DNA of 63,891 nt, counting the filler, from Choristocarpus tenellus KU-1152 (Eukaryota > Protista > Phaeophyceae): the NCBI GenBank assembly GCA_964200185.2. It is 11 parts of 11 records of this genome, joined end to end, with 100 filler letters (N's around TTAATTAATTAA, not from the genome) between each part and the next. Parts side by side here need not be neighbours in the genome. Positions count along the whole stretch, not along the records: positions 38,008 to 44,767 come from CAXNAD020007410.1; positions 44,868 to 49,762 come from CAXNAD020012634.1; positions 49,863 to 53,120 come from CAXNAD020021218.1; 8 more parts are not named here. One strand, written 5' to 3'. Positions 38,450 to 52,056 of this stretch are shown here, one piece after another. The notes under the pieces were generated by a model. It was not told where the DNA came from and did no database searches. It saw only the letters and a program-made list of their open reading frames with translations. The translations under genes and the position numbers were made by a program. The first letter of the stretch is position 1, and every line of letters starts with the position of its first letter.

Positions 38450-39138
38450 GGCTTGTACCTTTTTTATGCACCGCACTTCTCGTCTCAGATAGGGTATTTT
38501 CCTTGAACCATATCATTATCCGTAGCTTTGTTCACATGCTCGTGTCCGCTTTTTCACATACCATTTCTCACACCCTCAATCGTATCATGGACACAGGAAT
38601 GACAACCGTTTTAATGAAGATGTGGTCATGGAACACCTCAAGCGCAAGCTCATGCAGGGAGAGGTATGAGGAGGGACTTAATTTGAGTTGGTTGCAAGTT
38701 GTGATCTACCGTACTTTTTCATGATTTGCTACTCATAGAACTTGACCATTCGATCCATTGTGTAAGTACTCCGTATCAATGCGTCCTGTTCTTGCTTGCC
38801 TGGACCTTCATGACATGATACCTAACCTGCCCAACAACACTATTGTTCAATATAGTAGTAGCTGTTGCTAGACAAGAGACATGGTGGATAATTGTACCTA
38901 TAGTACTCATACACACACCCCTTCCCTCTTACCTGTAGTCCAACAAAACATGGAGAGGATGGTCGGCCCAGGATGTCATTTTTTCTTTGCCTTCTGGTAG
39001 GGCCCTGACGTCTGATACCTCTGCTCTAAAATAAGAATCCCCTGTTCACCACCTCAAGGGTCAAAGTTATGTACACCTGGCTCAATCATCAGATTTTCTG
39101 CAGGCAAGCACAACCTCCCCTGGGCACACACCCCTGTG

Positions 39139-40390
39139 CCTTTCCTCCTGGTCCTGCTCAAGCACTGTGACTATTTGCGGTATATGTCCTTCTCTTTTCC
39201 CTCCAGCACACACCCCGTAGTGTGGTGGTGTGTGAGATGTAAGGTCAGCAAAGGAGGAAGACACCTGCGATTGAAGAAGGTGCTACACACGAAAAAAAAT
39301 AGGAGCGAATTATTCTTGGGGGCTATTGGGGACGCCATAAGGGACTTGGGACAATAGAGAACAATTAAGAACAAAATAGGAATTGACCCGAAATTCCAAA
39401 ATCACGATTTGCGCTTCAAATACTGAGCCATTTTTTCTGCCTCAAAAAACGGAAATCTCATATTTAACTACAATTTTCACGATTTGATCTTTTTTTGCTT
39501 AATCCTAACCCTAATGCTGAAACATTGGTGAAGTGTGGGGGAGTATAGAAACTGAACAAAAAGGAAAAAAAAAGAAAAAAAAGAAAAAATTGAGGCTGGG
39601 TGTTTTCTTGAGGACGAGGTTAGGGTTGGACAAGCGCAAGAATGCAAATTGGAGAGTATCTTATCAGATTATGGATCATCAGAGTGAGAGGATGTGACGC
39701 CAAAGGGAAATCCTTGGATTTTGGTTTCTCTGAATGAAGAGAAGTCCACCACCTGCGGGACTGGCCTCTTGAAGAGATTTTATGAGCTCAGTCTCACCAC
39801 AGGACACCCTTCACTGGAATCCAGGATTCCTAAGAAGGAACCATAAATGGTACACTGGTATATTGCATACGACAATTACGGCATGATAACAGACAACTCT
39901 ACTTTCCAGAGCAGATTCTCAAAATGTGAATCGGAAGTTTTTTCATAGTTTGTCATACTGTGCAGCTGGAACATTGACAAAGTGTAGGGGAAGGGGACTA
40001 ACTGACAATACAAAATAATTGTGAAAACTGAGGGAATTATCTGGTATTTTCGCATTTAGAGACTGAACAATGGCACCAATTTGAAGCGAAAATTGTGATT
40101 TCTGAATTTTGGGTTATTTTTGAAATGATTTTTCGTTGTTCTCGATTGTTCCGTGTCCCTTACAACGTTCTGAACAGTCCCCAAAAAGTTGGACTCTGAA
40201 AGAATTGTTTCTTGTGCAGAACCTTCTTCCTCTGCAGGTGTCTTCCTGCTTCACTATTCCTTTCCTCCTGGGGCTTCTGGAGCACAGTGGCTACTTCCTC
40301 GCGGAGCTTCTCCTTTTTTTCCCCCAGCACAGCCCCCCCCATCACCCGCCCACAGCTTTGCATGTCCTGCCCATAGAAGGTCAGCAGAAG
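39139..40390. repeat. Composite repeat: about 180-bp inverted arms flanked by about 120-bp direct repeats
   Basis: Inverted arms 39255-39432 and 40069-40247 (aggaagacacctgc / gcaggtgtcttcct; cgcttcaaat / atttgaagcg). Direct repeats 39139-39253 and 40259-40390 (cctttcctcctgg ... ccagcaca ... aaggtcagca). Confidence 0.65.
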
Positions 40391-41353
40391 TCAAAGCATT
40401 GTTGTTGCAAGTGAGACACACGTAGGAGTACTTAACAGGATTAATGCTCAACGGTATTGTCACAACACACGGTCGTCTGAGTGCAAATAATTAGATATAC
40501 GAGTGTGATTCTGTTGAAAAAGGGGAAATACACCATTGCAATATCAGGTGTAGGGATCTAGCAGACAAGAGGATACTGTTGCAAGCGACATCCAAGAAAG
40601 AAAGAAAGACCACCTTCACCACATGTTCATGTGCGGAACAGAGATGAATACAGCTACACAAATTGAGCGCGGACCACACTCCCACCTCAGTCCCTCAAGC
40701 TATCATTATGTTGTGGATCTTGCAACTCCCACCACCAACGATTTCCACGTATTGGAAAGTCTCATGAAGGAAAGTTTTTATCCCCATGAGATCGTACGGA
40801 TCTTGAACGACACCCTCTACCTGTATTGAGTAGAATGGGTGCGAACAGATGGGCAAGCAGTTCCACATCACTGCTAACAAGAGTTAGTCACAGATGGCAC
40901 TGAATGGAAACCAAGTCAAATATCCCTGAGGGATACTTGCTTTCCCAGTGTGTCACACAGGGTGCGATCAAAGGCAAGTGACCCTAAAGAATGCCTGGGG
41001 GTACCACCGTAGAAAAGTAAGGAGACTGCGCAGCTTGCCTTCATGCGATTTAGGACATGATAACAACACATTATATGATGCATGCGAACTTATGATATCT
41101 ACGTTTTGGGGGAGTTGGTGCAATCGCACACGAAATTGCAAAAAAAGCATTTCGTTGTTTACAATACAACTCAATTCATAGCTTAAGGCGTTCCGTACTG
41201 GTGCAAACTTGTATCTACCTAAAGTTGTTTGATGTATCCCTAGGGTAGAGAGTTGAGGAAACACAAAACAAAGCATCTTTGAATCAAATGGTGCACAAGA
41301 ATACTCTGGAGTATATGTCAAGACTTGTTATCACCAATACACAGTTGGCTTCC

Positions 41354-41613
41354 GAGTGAAAGTATCTTAGAGGGTACGAGGTTTGCCCTGTTTGTCCGTT
41401 TTGGACCTTGGCTTCCCACACAGGTTACCTATGACATTTTACCGACTCCAAAATGTTTCAGAGGAGGTAAAATGTTTACGTTATGGAGAGGTGTATCCGG
41501 AACAAGGGTATTGACACTTCCTAACAAACACGATAGCCAAAATTACATCAAAATCGCAAAATTGGATTTTGGCCCCCAAACGGACACGGCTCTACCCTAA
41601 GATACTTTGACTC
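41354..41613 (+). mobile_element. MITE family B copy with TTCC target-site duplication
   Basis: ttcc|gagtgaaagtatcttagagggta ... taccctaagatactttgactc|ttcc. Confidence 0.93.
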
Positions 41614-42751
41614 TTCCCTTGTGTGCCACTTGTTCTGGCAATTCCAGGCCTCGCATATCCCTTGGAGAGCCTGTGTCACACCCACTCTATGCATTGTTTC
41701 TTAGCGATCCCCACAATAGACAACAGAGTTTTAGACCAGAGCTTTCTGTTCAGGCTTTACACATGGAAGTATTGACCCAAGACTTCTGATACGACCTGTA
41801 GACTCAGTAACTCACTCTACCATGCAATATTGAAGCCTAGAGCAATTTGATCTAAATCATTCTTCTTTTTGCCCTTGGCTCAAAAGACACTGTCACAGCT
41901 TCCTTTCCGCATAGATGCTAGGTAGTCATATCCCAATTGACACACATCAATGGCAACCCCACCTTGCTAGCGCTCCCCCGTCATAATTGATCTAACAGAT
42001 TAAACCCTGGAGCCAGAAACTTGTACTCGGCAATCTACAAATTTGTATATCCAACCTAGTCTTCTTCTCTTGTGTTGAGCAGATCCTCCTACGATTGCCA
42101 ACTCCCAGTCGGTTCAAAAGGAGCAAGCCCTACCTGACTCGTCTCTTCATTGACGAGAATAACTTATATTATCAAAAAGAGGATTGTGTCAAGAATCCCA
42201 ATGCAGCACGTCACAGTATCTCCTTGTATGCACTACGGTGAGAAGAGAAGTTGCGCCTGCTCACAGTTCATCTACCACTACAATTGAACTACCCATACTC
42301 TTGGGTGTAGTTATACTTTGATCAAAGCCCGCTCTGTTGATTTTTCAGATCCACATCCGCCGTTTGCGCCCTGCACTTCTTACTGATTATCATCCTCCTT
42401 GGAAGTTCTGTAATGCAGTGCACACATCCATATTTTGCTTGGTGTCTCATCCACTCCGTGGAATACTCCAACTAGATTTATCCCAAATTCAGGGAGGCGA
42501 GCTAATTATTAAGTGCATACCCCCTTCGTGTCAATTCAAGCTTTGTTGTGAAGGGGAAGACGACAGCATCCCTCCAGAAGTGGGGGAAGTCTCTCGATCT
42601 GGTGGATGGAGAGTGCTTTAGCATTGTTGCAGAGGGCAAGACCTTAAGCTTTGCCATGCCAGCCTCTGCACAAGATGATGGAAGAGACTCAGAGGTGCGA
42701 CGTATATCAAGGGCAAGATCACGTAATATGGACAGCGGGCACAGAAAATGG

Positions 42752-42908
42752 TAGTGCACAAATGGTTCGACCTATGACTATGGCGACCACTTGCCATCTT
42801 GGTAGTCGAATCTTGGCGGATCTAGCAGTGCGTAAATAGTTCGACCTGTGACTATGGCAACCATTTGTCATCTTGGTAGTCGATTCTTTGCGGATCTGGC
42901 AGTGCACA
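42752..42908. repeat. 74-bp tandem duplication
   Basis: ttcgacct(a/g)tgactatggc...catcttggtagtcga...gcggatct.gcagtgc occurs twice, offset by 74. Confidence 0.9.
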
Positions 42909-44701
42909 TCCTCTTAACCTCCACCCACCCCAAGCCCTTACTCTGTTCAAAACTTTACTCCTCTTGCCCTCTCGCTGTTTACTGTGCAGCGATGTGATCT
43001 ACTGGTCTGGGGCTATAAGCGCCTTATCCATGATATGCAGGGCTCCCAGATATTCGTGGACAAGGATGGCATTATAAAACGGAGGTTACGGGCTAAGACT
43101 CTCCTCACCACTATCCAAAAATAGAGCTGAACAAGGGAAGTTGTAGTTAGTTGTTAGAGAAGAAGGCAACTGTTGAATGGTTGGACATACCGAGCTAAAA
43201 CCACTGCGCAATGTGAAGGGTGTATAGATATGACATTCCCTTCGGTACGATCAACTTCCAAAGTATCATGTTTAGTTCAAATATGACCAGGGCCTCTGCT
43301 TGGCATGAGCCTAGTGTGGTGGGGGTACGTTATGCTTTGTTGTTGGTTAACACATTCAAGATATACCCCCCACACACACGTCTGTACGCATACTGCAAGC
43401 GACTCTCCGCATGGTTATTGCAAACACCATGACTAGCTCTATGCAAGGTACGTATGTGCCCAAATATATTTAACACTTGAGATGGTAACACGCACCCCGC
43501 GTTAGTCTTAATCTGAAAAAAATAACATCGCATAATGGAGTACATGAGAAATCAGAATAAAATATAATATACTAGCACTAAGATACCAACCCTCCCTGGT
43601 ACCAATAGGTTAGCGTCCTGGAGCAATCTTGCTCTTTTTCACTGTCTTTCCACAAGAAGTATACAACAACATAAATATCAAATAAAGGTTATGCGAAAAG
43701 GTGTTGAAGATTTGTATGCAGGAATTTACTAACTCCAGTGAACGGGAACTATGCCCCCATCAAATAATGGAAAAAACGCGAGGGAACATCTCCAGCGCAA
43801 TTTTGATGGTCACAACCTCAAAACGGACAAAAATGAAGTGATTGACTGAGAGAAGATGCATAAAAAAAATTATCACACAAACGTAGTTGGATCTTCAATC
43901 ACATCGAAGCACTGCTCTGCAGTCTCTGCCACGTCGGGAAAGTAGGAAGAGAGCAGCGAGTCCATCACAGGTGTGGTACAGTGACGAAGTCTGTGGGGAA
44001 GCCTGGTAATGGCGGGCGAAGGGAGAACCAGAGTGACCGGCCGAAGGGAAGGTTGGGGAGAAGAGCAGTGCGACTCCGTGCAATTGCGCTCAGGAAATGC
44101 CTAAGCGAAAACATGGGTGTAGAATATCTTAGTAGTCGACAGTTGCAGCAGGCTCTAACTGTTTGGAAGCTATGTAAGCCAGAGTGGCTTAGGAAACGAG
44201 AAAGAAGGTCTTAGGGTTGGGGTACAAGGGCTCTGAAGCCCGAAAGAAGGTAATCCATTTCCGGCGCTCAACGAGGAAATGTGATAGTAAAGGCTCTAAC
44301 ACTGCGAATCCTGCGAACACACAGGAAGAAAGGGTGGGGAGGCTTTTTTCCTGTCTAAACCCTATACTTTAATCAAGTAATAGTGCATCTGTTGCCGCTC
44401 TTGATGACCTACAATCCAGGTTCGAACCCCAATATGAGCGGTCTTTCTTCAAAAAAGAAAATAATGGAGAAAAAAACGAAACCCGTACTCTGGAGGGTCT
44501 TGTGCTTTCATTTATTAAATCCTATGTCTACATCAAAAGCTATGACGGGATAACCCCAGACGCATAAGCTATTGGTACCACTATACCACGTCTACAACTG
44601 TTACTACTTCCACTACTACGCCATCATTATATTAGTATCAGCAATGATGATAATGGCAACATGATGTACGCCACAGTAGTACTACTATCGACTACCACTA
44701 A

Positions 44702-44767
44702 CAGCCGATTTCAAAAATTGAGGATGGAGCTTTTCATTGAGGATGGGCTTGACCCAAAATTGACTTG
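44702..44767 (+). repeat. Dispersed repeat end (putative transposon terminus), shared with 55727-55793
   Basis: cagcc...aaattgaggatggagc...gaggatggg.ttgacccaaaattg in both places, each preceded by taa. Confidence 0.75.
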
Positions 44768-44867
44768 NNNNNNNNNNNNNNNNNNNNNNNNNNNNNNNNN
44801 NNNNNNNNNNNTTAATTAATTAANNNNNNNNNNNNNNNNNNNNNNNNNNNNNNNNNNNNNNNNNNNN
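44768..44867. other. Artificial contig linker
   Basis: N44-TTAATTAATTAA-N44. Confidence 0.98.
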
Positions 44868-44999
44868 GACTAGATGTGCATTAGGGCAAGGGCCTTGGTA
44901 TGCCTCCTTCTCGTGTGAGTAAAACCTCTCATTAGTGTTGTCATGAACATTTCTGTGTTTGCTCAACAACAGTTTAAACTCCTCCGTCCTTGCCTTGAG

Positions 45000-47300
45000 A
45001 TCCCTAAATACCAGTGTGCTCAACCTATTCCGAGATTTGTAGTGTACATCTTGGGCTTGAACTGGCTGTGTGACCTGATAAAATTGGTACTACACCATCA
45101 TGGCTGGTGTCTTCATATGCCTAATCCCCCTGCTTTTTCCCACCCGATTCTTGCCCTTTACCTCCATTGTCTCTAACCTTTTTTGATGCATGAGAGCAGA
45201 TATATATGGCCAGTGAAGACCATGGATTACAACAATTTGACAATTTGAGAGACACACGTCACTGCAGGGACTATATTCTTGGAACAGGTAGAGGTAAGAT
45301 GTGATGGAATGGATTTTCAGAGTAAATATGTCATTCCTGTGATATGTACTCCAGTGTGCTACGTTTTTAATGGTTCTACTGCAGTAGCATTTATCTTTAG
45401 AATCTACCCCTGATATCTACCCACCTTGGAAATGTTGCAGTTTTTTTTTCTATCATAGTGGAGATGGATACCGTAAGTGTGACTTCAGTCTGAATGTGTT
45501 GATTGTCATCTCTCTCCCTTGGTCCATGGAAGGCTGCAGCAACATGGGTGGATGTTAGCCGATACTGACCCGTTGAGGAGGGCTGGTGATTTTTTTAATA
45601 TTTGCTGACTGTGACTTCACCTGTCCCTCCATGCATGGACAGGGACTGCGTGAAATGTTATGGGATATTTCGTTTGTTGCCTGCTACAGGTGTGCAAACC
45701 CATTTTGTTACATGTAGGACAGAGGGTGTGGGTTGGCATCTAGGACATACATGGGTACTTAGAGATAGATTGTGACCTACTTTGTGTGCCTCCGCAGTTG
45801 TTGATCCGAATCAATTATGCCCTTTCTTATCCAATATCTTTCAAATAGCTCAACTTATTCCAGGCCCATCAATGCCATACCATGAAGTTGAAGAAAAGTG
45901 TGTCTTTTGTCTCACACTTCAGGAATGAGTAGAACGGCTACACAGATGGAACCAAGCTTGGAAGAGTGAAGGAAGATGACCGAGCTATGGTATTGCAGGA
46001 GATAAAGTTTTCCATTTCTGTGGCATACATACTTAACACGAAAGCCTGGTTGAATTTCAGGATGATTTCATCCATCCCCAGGGGTGGCTTGATTTCTCTT
46101 TTGAGTCTTCTCTTTATGGATCTTTGGGCTCTGTCCCAGCTTCTGGGATCATACCCTAATACCTATTACTATGTTGTGTGTCATGGTGGGAATAAATGGT
46201 ATGGTGAAGGTGTATACAGCAGACTACTTGCAAGCATCAACCCTTCTGATTTGTTGCATATATTATTGCGCTACTTGTACTTTGTTGCACTGAGGGTTCC
46301 TGAGTAATGCTGAGGTGTAGTCTACCTCTGCTCCATGCTATTGTTTTTTTTTGTATAATTTCAATGTGATTTGTTTCAGTCGGTTCCAACTTGGGTGTAA
46401 CTATGGATCAGTCAGTGTCATTTCGAGATTATTGTCTGCCTTTTACATATAAATGTATGTGTGCTGATACCTCTCTCTAGAGACCATTACAAACATATAT
46501 ATATGTATATATATATATATTTTCTACATATAGGTCTTATTGTGTGTTGTCGGCCTTGATGCAGAGAAAATGTTTTCCATCATATATCGATATTCCTAGT
46601 CTTTGTGGTCTTGTCAGGTATGGGCTTCTATGGTGTTGGCTGAGTGACAAGCCATTTTACTTTAAGAACATCGACTGCAGGAGATGAGGGTATTTCAGTG
46701 CTGGGGGGCCAGAGTTGAACAACGGAATCATGCAAAGAGACCTTCAAGGCAAGAAACTATGATATGGCTCATTCCCCACCTCCCCACACACAAATTTCCC
46801 ATCACTGCACCCCCACCCTCTATCCACTGTTCTGTCAGTAAGAACATTTCCTCCCTTTTCCTTCAAAGACATTGGTAGGGATATTTTCGATTTCTTCTTT
46901 TCAAACGAATTTGGCACTGCCTTGGTGAAAATGTTTTATTTAGATGCTGGTTTCATTTTGTCTGAGTTAATTAGTTACTCTTTGAAGCATGTGCTATTCT
47001 TAACAGATTCTTCTCATTCTTGGTGTAGATGGTTTTCCATGTGAGGCAACCTGAGAAAGCCATATGACACTAGACCTGTCATGTGTCACGCTGTCCCAGA
47101 GTTTGTGAAAAGTGCACCTGTTTCAAGCGTCTTTCTTGCTTGTGGGTTACTGTTGAAGTTTTTGAAAGTTTTAGCGGTGCAATTTCCTAGGTATGAAGCA
47201 CAGGATCATATAGTTTAGTCTTGCTCCATCGAAATCAAGCACAAGAAAAGCGTTGGTATATTTGTACTATACTAATGCTTGATGACCTTCATACGTTATA
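45000..47300 (-). pseudogene. Heavily decayed non-LTR (LINE) reverse transcriptase
   Basis: Weak RT-like motif remnants occur in the expected order on the minus strand: PRKL (about 47190), YGF (about 47060), PSSPAV.VL (about 46685), CIKADN (YADD-like, about 46555), VLGY (about 46155). There is no long ORF. Confidence 0.4.
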
Positions 47301-48951
47301 CATGTACAGACATTTCAACAAGAGTTTCTCCTCCCGGGGGTACATCACATCCATGGTATGCTGGTATTGTTGCACACACAGATTGTTACTTACAAATCTA
47401 CAGCATTGCCCTTACAGGATAATACACAATATATACATGCAGTGTACATAGTATCGACTAAACTGTGCCAACCACCATGTCAAGCGAGTATTTGGAGCTG
47501 TTGACCATTGGTATATCTCAGCATGCTACAGTGGTACTAGTACTAGGTGTGGTAGAGCAACTTTTGTTGTATACTACCCCCTCGGACCAACCTCACTCTC
47601 ACATCTCAAACGTATGAACTGGCAGGTCTGCGCCAATAGAATTGTGTCCTCTCGATGATCGCAAGCTCTAGTAGAGCGTCAACTTGTACGTAACTGCCAT
47701 GATCTTGTGACCAGGGATATTTCTGATTTCTACACGTATTTGAGTGACTATGGTGCAATGGTGAGAATATTTGTTTCATGTCTGCGTGTGATTCCATAAT
47801 CGAGCAATATTCTATTTGTTGTAGGGTGTGTAACGTGACGGATCTTAGCACCAATTGGTTCTGTACTCCCCATTTTCAGTTACCTGAAAAAAATTGTGTA
47901 CGAATCATTCATTTTTTTTCTCGCCTGGGTTTATTTGTAACTGCAGTGTACATCCAAGTATTATTGGAAGTGGTATACACTGATGATTAATTCGTACAAC
48001 TATGTGCAGTTCTTGTTCTACACTTTGAATGGCCAATTCTCAACTCCATCCAGTTGTAAGTTTCAACCACACATTATGATATGCTGGACATACCGAAATA
48101 CAAACATGTCCAATATCCAGTAGTACACAGGTTTGTACAAAACACACACACATTTTTTCTACTCTATGTTCTGTTCCATCAACACGGTTTGGAGGTGATG
48201 GACAGACCGTTTGAGGAGGAGTTTTCCTTCTTCAATGTCTTCAGGAGTCTTGTCCTGCCAGGTGTTGAAGGCGCAACCATGTTCAACATGGATATGGTTT
48301 CAGTAACTGTTGTTGGCGAGAGAGTATCGGGGATGGACTCGATCCTTACCATGAAGAAGAGCGACCATTGGTGGAGAAGTCCCACTGGGCAGGCAATTGC
48401 CATGGCGGAGGGCTGTGGCGTGTTGAGTGTTGATGAGGATGGGATTGTGAAGTTTGCTGTGAAGGTCGCCTAGGAGGTAAGAATTGTGTTTGCAAAGGAT
48501 TTCCCAAGTGAAATATTTGTAATACTATATATAGCATTCCGGAATGAAATAGTCTGTACAAAGTTATGTTAGAGAGCTCTGCTGCAATTTGATAGTTCTA
48601 TGGTATGTATTTCTACTTGTCCCCCCTCCTCTTTTCTGTGTGGTGTGGATGATTCTAGATGTTAATTGGGGGATGAACATTTATTTTGTAAGTACATGCT
48701 GATCTTCGGCTTCATGTGGGAAGATGTTTTGGGAACCCTTGTTTTATACTTATATCAGCACTTGGGTGATCCTTTGTGTTACTTGGTCAGTCTTTCTCTT
48801 CTGAATGGCAAGCTCAGATATGTTGTTCTGTGTCATGTGAAGCCATTCACTTTTTCGTGTGTTGTATTTGCAGTTACCTCTATTCCAGTCCTCATGTTGC
48901 TGTATTGCATCATTTTGTACTTCCAAGAAGAGCCAAGTATCCCAAGGTAGG

Positions 48952-49209
48952 GAGTCAAAGTATCTTAGAGGGTAGAGCCATGTCCATTTGGGAGCAAAAT
49001 CCAATATTGCAATTTTGATGTAATATTGGCTATCATGTTTGTTAGGAGATGTCAATAACCATTTTCCAAGCACAGCTTTTCATAACATATACATTTTACC
49101 TACTCTAAATTATTTCGGAGTTGGAAAATGTAAAAAAACAAAACATGGGAAGCCAAGTCCCAAATGGACAAACAGGGCAAAACTCGTACCCTCTAAGATA
49201 CTTTCACTC
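48952..49209 (-). mobile_element. MITE family B copy (reverse) with TAGG target-site duplication
   Basis: tagg|gagtcaaagtatcttagagggta ... taccctctaagatactttcactc|tagg; 23-bp TIRs with one mismatch. Confidence 0.95.
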
Positions 49210-49762
49210 TAGGATGACGTTTTGTTGATATAACTTTACGGGTATTGGGTATGTTTTCTACTAACAAGGTTTGTTATGTCTAGTTTTTGTCAAGTTGATT
49301 GTGTGGTGTGACCAAAGTGTTCTTTGCTAATGACTTGACGGAGTAATCTTCTGATTGATTATCTGCATACTGTTGTATGATTTATTGTTGGATTTGCACT
49401 TTAATATTCCTGTCATAAAACAGTAGTGATTTGTGAAAAACGAGAGGAAAGCAAGTAAGAAGAAAGAATCAGGGCTTCATACCGGACCAGAAGGTAACCA
49501 GACCGACTGGCCAGACCGAGTGTTGGGACTGATCCTGTTAAGACGTATTTCACCTGGACCGACTTGCTGCTGGTCTAGTTACCATTTTGAAGACTCCAGT
49601 CCGACCCTGTTAGAGCATTTGTAATAGAATGTAGCATTTGATAATGTCCTATTTGTGGCCCAGTCTAGTTATACTCTCCAATGACCCTCGACCAGTCCAG
49701 GTAATCCAAGTGTGGTGAAAATTGTGAATTTTCGATGTGAAACGTCCTACTCCAAACAGTGG

Positions 49763-49862
49763 NNNNNNNNNNNNNNNNNNNNNNNNNNNNNNNNNNNNNN
49801 NNNNNNTTAATTAATTAANNNNNNNNNNNNNNNNNNNNNNNNNNNNNNNNNNNNNNNNNNNN
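49763..49862. other. Artificial contig linker
   Basis: N44-TTAATTAATTAA-N44. Confidence 0.98.
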
Positions 49863-49886
49863 CCCACCCCCCAGATACTTTGACCC
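49863..49886. mobile_element. MITE family A terminal fragment
   Basis: cccaccccccagatactttgaccc at contig start. Confidence 0.8.
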
Positions 49887-50033
49887 ACTCTACAGCTGGT
49901 CCAGTCCACCTCAGGACCCAAGGGAGCTTCCTCCCGCAGTTTCCCGCATGACACATTCATTTCTGTAAGGAAGATATACTCCGTTGCTATATTTGCCTCT
50001 GAGCACCGGAAGACGGATCTGTGTGAGGTGCCT

Positions 50034-50299
50034 AATTCGAGCATTTATGAGGGCAGGGTCGTGTCCATTTGGAGTCATATATCTAACATTGCAATTTTGA
50101 TTAATTTTGGCTGTGTTGTTTGTTGGCAAGTGCCAATATCCTTGCTCTGGACACAACTTTCATAGTTGTACTCCGAAATGTTCGGAGTAGGTAACTGTGT
50201 ACACACAGAAAACCGGAAAAGGGCATAAAAAATCGTGGGAAGTCAAGCCCCAAACGGACAGACAGGGAAAAACTCCTACCCTCTTAAGTACTTTGGGTC
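50034..50299 (-). mobile_element. MITE family B, diverged reverse copy
   Basis: gtgtccatttgg...aacattgcaattttga...tactccgaaatgttcggagtagg...gggaagtcaagccccaaacggacagacaggg...taccctcttaagtactttgggtc. Confidence 0.8.
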
Positions 50300-50977
50300 A
50301 GGCATAGTACAAAAAATGGATAAAACTTTCTGCACCCCTCCAGGGCCACCACTCTGTGCCCTCAACTGGAACTCCTAGCAACAGCGGGAATCAATGTGGT
50401 CCCGGACCCAAATGGTTTTATCACGTGTGAAAATGTGTCTCTTCGCCTGGAAACACTCCAACAAGTCAGGCAGAGATGCCCACAAATTCAAGGGCTTGGG
50501 CCTATCCTCCATGGAGCATCGCCAGAATGCAGTTACTGTGAGATCTCCACTGACCACTCTCCCCACCCTCCTAGCAAGGCAACAAGGGCCCCACGGAGAG
50601 CTTATTGAATGGGTCATCTGCATGAGCCCCACAGCCCAACTCCTAGGATCATCCATCCATAGGGATTCTGCTGATATGAGGATTATCATCATATCAGCAG
50701 AATTCCTTCAGAAGACTTGGAGGGAAGTATTGGCCAAGGATGGGTAGCCTAGGGGGGAAAAAATAGCTCCTACCGCTGTCTTGGAGGTCCACACTACAGT
50801 CAATGATGCCAGGATCACAAGGAAGGCACAACAATAGATCACTCGCCTCCTAAACAGTGTCCAGTTTGACTCTTTCCAGATGCGATTGGTCAACCTCCCC
50901 GAAATCGAAGAACAAGGGAATATTATTCACTAGCCCCTGACCTGTCACCAGAGCCAGTGTGAACAAGGGGCAACTGC

Positions 50978-52056
50978 GTGGACCTCCTCATAAACCCTGG
51001 AACCAGCACGCCAGACCCCTCCTTAGAGTTCAATTGGAAGAACCTTGGCACCCCAGATAAGTTAGTCGGAGTGGCGATCACCAGAGACAAGACTGGTATC
51101 ACACAATACAATCAACAATTTCTTGTCAAGAGTATTGTCACAGAAGGCATGGGTTCAATGGAGGGACAATCCCTGACCATACCATCAAACTACACACACC
51201 ACAGACCCAACACAAAACACTCCCACGCCTCCCAACCCTCCCCCCCCCACATTAAAACCCAACCACTTCTTCCACATACTCAACCACAACCAATGCCATG
51301 CACCCTCCACGCAGACCCACCCAAGCCCAATTCCAGTGCCACATTTCACCTTGCCCACTTCATAAACACCCCAGCCTCCTTGCTGGGTCATTCCATGAGT
51401 TTCCCCACCGCTGCCAAACTCACCAACCTCAAAACTTCCTTCGTTTGTGTACGCAGACCACATGGACATCACTGCCTACAACCCCAAGACTTCCTTCGTT
51501 CATGTACGAAGATGACATGGACATCACTGCCCACAACTCCAGTACTTTGTTTGTGCACGCAAGACATATGGACATCACTACTACAACCTCAAGACCTACT
51601 TCGTCCGTGTATGGAGATGACATGGACACCAGTACCCACAACTCCAGTACGTGTTTTGTTCGTGTACGAAGACATGGACATGACTGGCTGCCACTCCACT
51701 GCCCAAGCACAACTACCAGACGTCCTGTACAACAACTTGCCAAAAACGTACTTTGAAGACCCTCAATTTCGATATGTTTCCCCCGCACAGCACATTGACT
51801 ATTCATCAAGTGTCCCTTTCTACCCCGCAGAATTGTATTATATTTCACCACCACAACAAATATCGTCATTACTTTTTTGTTTGCACGTATTCAAGATCCC
51901 TTTACTCTTGGAATTGACTCTTTTTACTTTTATTTTTCTATTGTTGCTTTACCTTTTGGTTCGACTTCTCTTTCATTTATCATTTCTGTCATTTCCGTTC
52001 GTAGCCGTACATCACACTCCTTCAACAGTGTTCCACTTCTTTCAGTTGGGGGAGGG
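50978..52056 (+). mobile_element. Internal 3' region of a copia-like LTR element: RT remnant, minisatellite and PPT
   Basis: FNWKNLGTPDKLVGVAITRDKTGITQYNQQFLVKSI resembles copia RT F.MKDLG....LG..I.RD..G..L.Q..Y...I. The region ends in the polypurine tract gggggaggg immediately before tg. Confidence 0.55.
51425..51690. repeat. About 54-bp minisatellite, about 5 copies, with alternating unit types
   Basis: Recurring ttcgt..gtgtacg.aga..acatggacatcact.c..acaac; units alternately end in caagac and ccagtac. Confidence 0.88.

Noticed and set aside
41700-42760. Decayed retroelement coding region
   Set aside because: The composition is suggestive, but I could not read any diagnostic motif with confidence.
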